Shown: piece after piece, positions 21,346 to 21,920 of the stretch
Layout of the letters: every line of letters starts with the position of its first letter
How positions within the stretch are numbered: position 1 is the stretch's first letter
Assembly: GCA_024626585.2 (NCBI GenBank)
Contig: JANKJI020000001.1
Span: 15,082,326-15,104,245 of the forward strand
Source of the DNA: Ginkgo biloba
Lineage: Eukaryota; Plantae; Ginkgophyta
Length of the DNA: 21,920 nt
Reading direction: 5' to 3'
Position numbers and translations under genes: made by a program
Notes under the pieces: model-generated
The model's database searches: none
What the model saw: the letters and a program-made list of their open reading frames with translations, nothing else
Told to the model about the DNA's origin: nothing

Positions 21346-21920
21346 TAGCAACATGATGTTTAGCCTAAATTCATATGATTTTTCCACATGTCAGTCTGAG
21401 TTCACATGATCGCATCACATGGAAATATCTCACAACACCTCCTCTCATAGATATCATAAACTTTAGTACACTTCCAAAAAAGTCTGCAATCTTAGATGAT
21501 TTGAGATCATGCCATGTGTCTCAATCTTGATCGATCACATATCCATAGGGAGAGAAGGTGAAATGGGTCATGTTGACAAATGTCATAAAGTATGCATTCA
21601 TGAGATCATGCCATGTGTCATCATATGAGCACAAGATCATGCCACATGACCAAATCTTGAAGAGCTTATGGACACAATAAAAAATGGGAATAATACCAAA
21701 ATTCTATGAGCTTAGTGTTCATGATATGTTGACACATGTCTCAATACTAATTACTCACAAATTTTAAGGGAGAGAAAGGAAAGAGAAGGGTTCAAAACGA
21801 AGTAGGATTAGATGACTTGAGATCATACCATATGTCACCCTAAGTTCATGAGATCATGCCATGTGGAAAGAGTTCATAAAATATTTCCATGTGGAAGTTG
21901 ATAACTTTGTTAAAAATTCA

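Larger units (their letters stand above)
19499..21920 (+). repeat. Diverged direct repeats (19499-~19763 and ~21658-21920, offset about 2157 bp) with a dispersed AGATCATGCCATGTG-type motif array; probable LTR-type sequence
   Basis: Colinear similarity, e.g. aagagctcatggatacaataa/aagagcttatggacacaataa, gggttcaaaa(g/c)gaagt, gagatcatgccat(a/g)tggaaa, agttgataacttt. The second copy runs off the window end. Confidence 0.85.

Noticed and set aside
1-21920. tRNA, rRNA or prokaryotic defence/mobile systems
   Set aside because: No such signatures seen. All recognisable content is plant gene or plant retrotransposon.

Overview
Fragmented (many N gaps) draft sequence from an AT-rich, heavily cytosine-deaminated land-plant nuclear genome; the TE families look gymnosperm-like (inference). 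The only convincing host gene is an intronless OVATE family protein (OFP) gene on the minus strand (5429-6166). It lies in a CpG-retaining island with a recognisable proximal promoter, and a second CpG-retaining island lies about 2.7-3.5 kb upstream (8847-9630). The rest is decayed transposon DNA: a Ty1/copia gag-protease-integrase relic (1-2156), an L1-type LINE ORF2 relic upstream of the OFP gene (minus, ~6850-8746), a decayed LTR-retrotransposon accessory ORF (~9660-10140), a ~150-bp tandem array (14889-15660), a possible Tat/Ogre integrase relic, and a mosaic at 19.5-21.9 kb where a Ty3/gypsy gag-protease fragment abuts an L1 RT fragment between two diverged direct repeats. Those repeats carry an array of motifs that reconstruct to a CpG-eroded CGCG-box plus G-box/ABRE. 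I do not see convincing evidence of a wholly new biological system. The best leads are the eroded cis-element array, the chimeric element, the distal CpG island, the perfect 22-bp hairpin and the atypical OFP. All family assignments come from hand translation and remembered motifs, not database searches.
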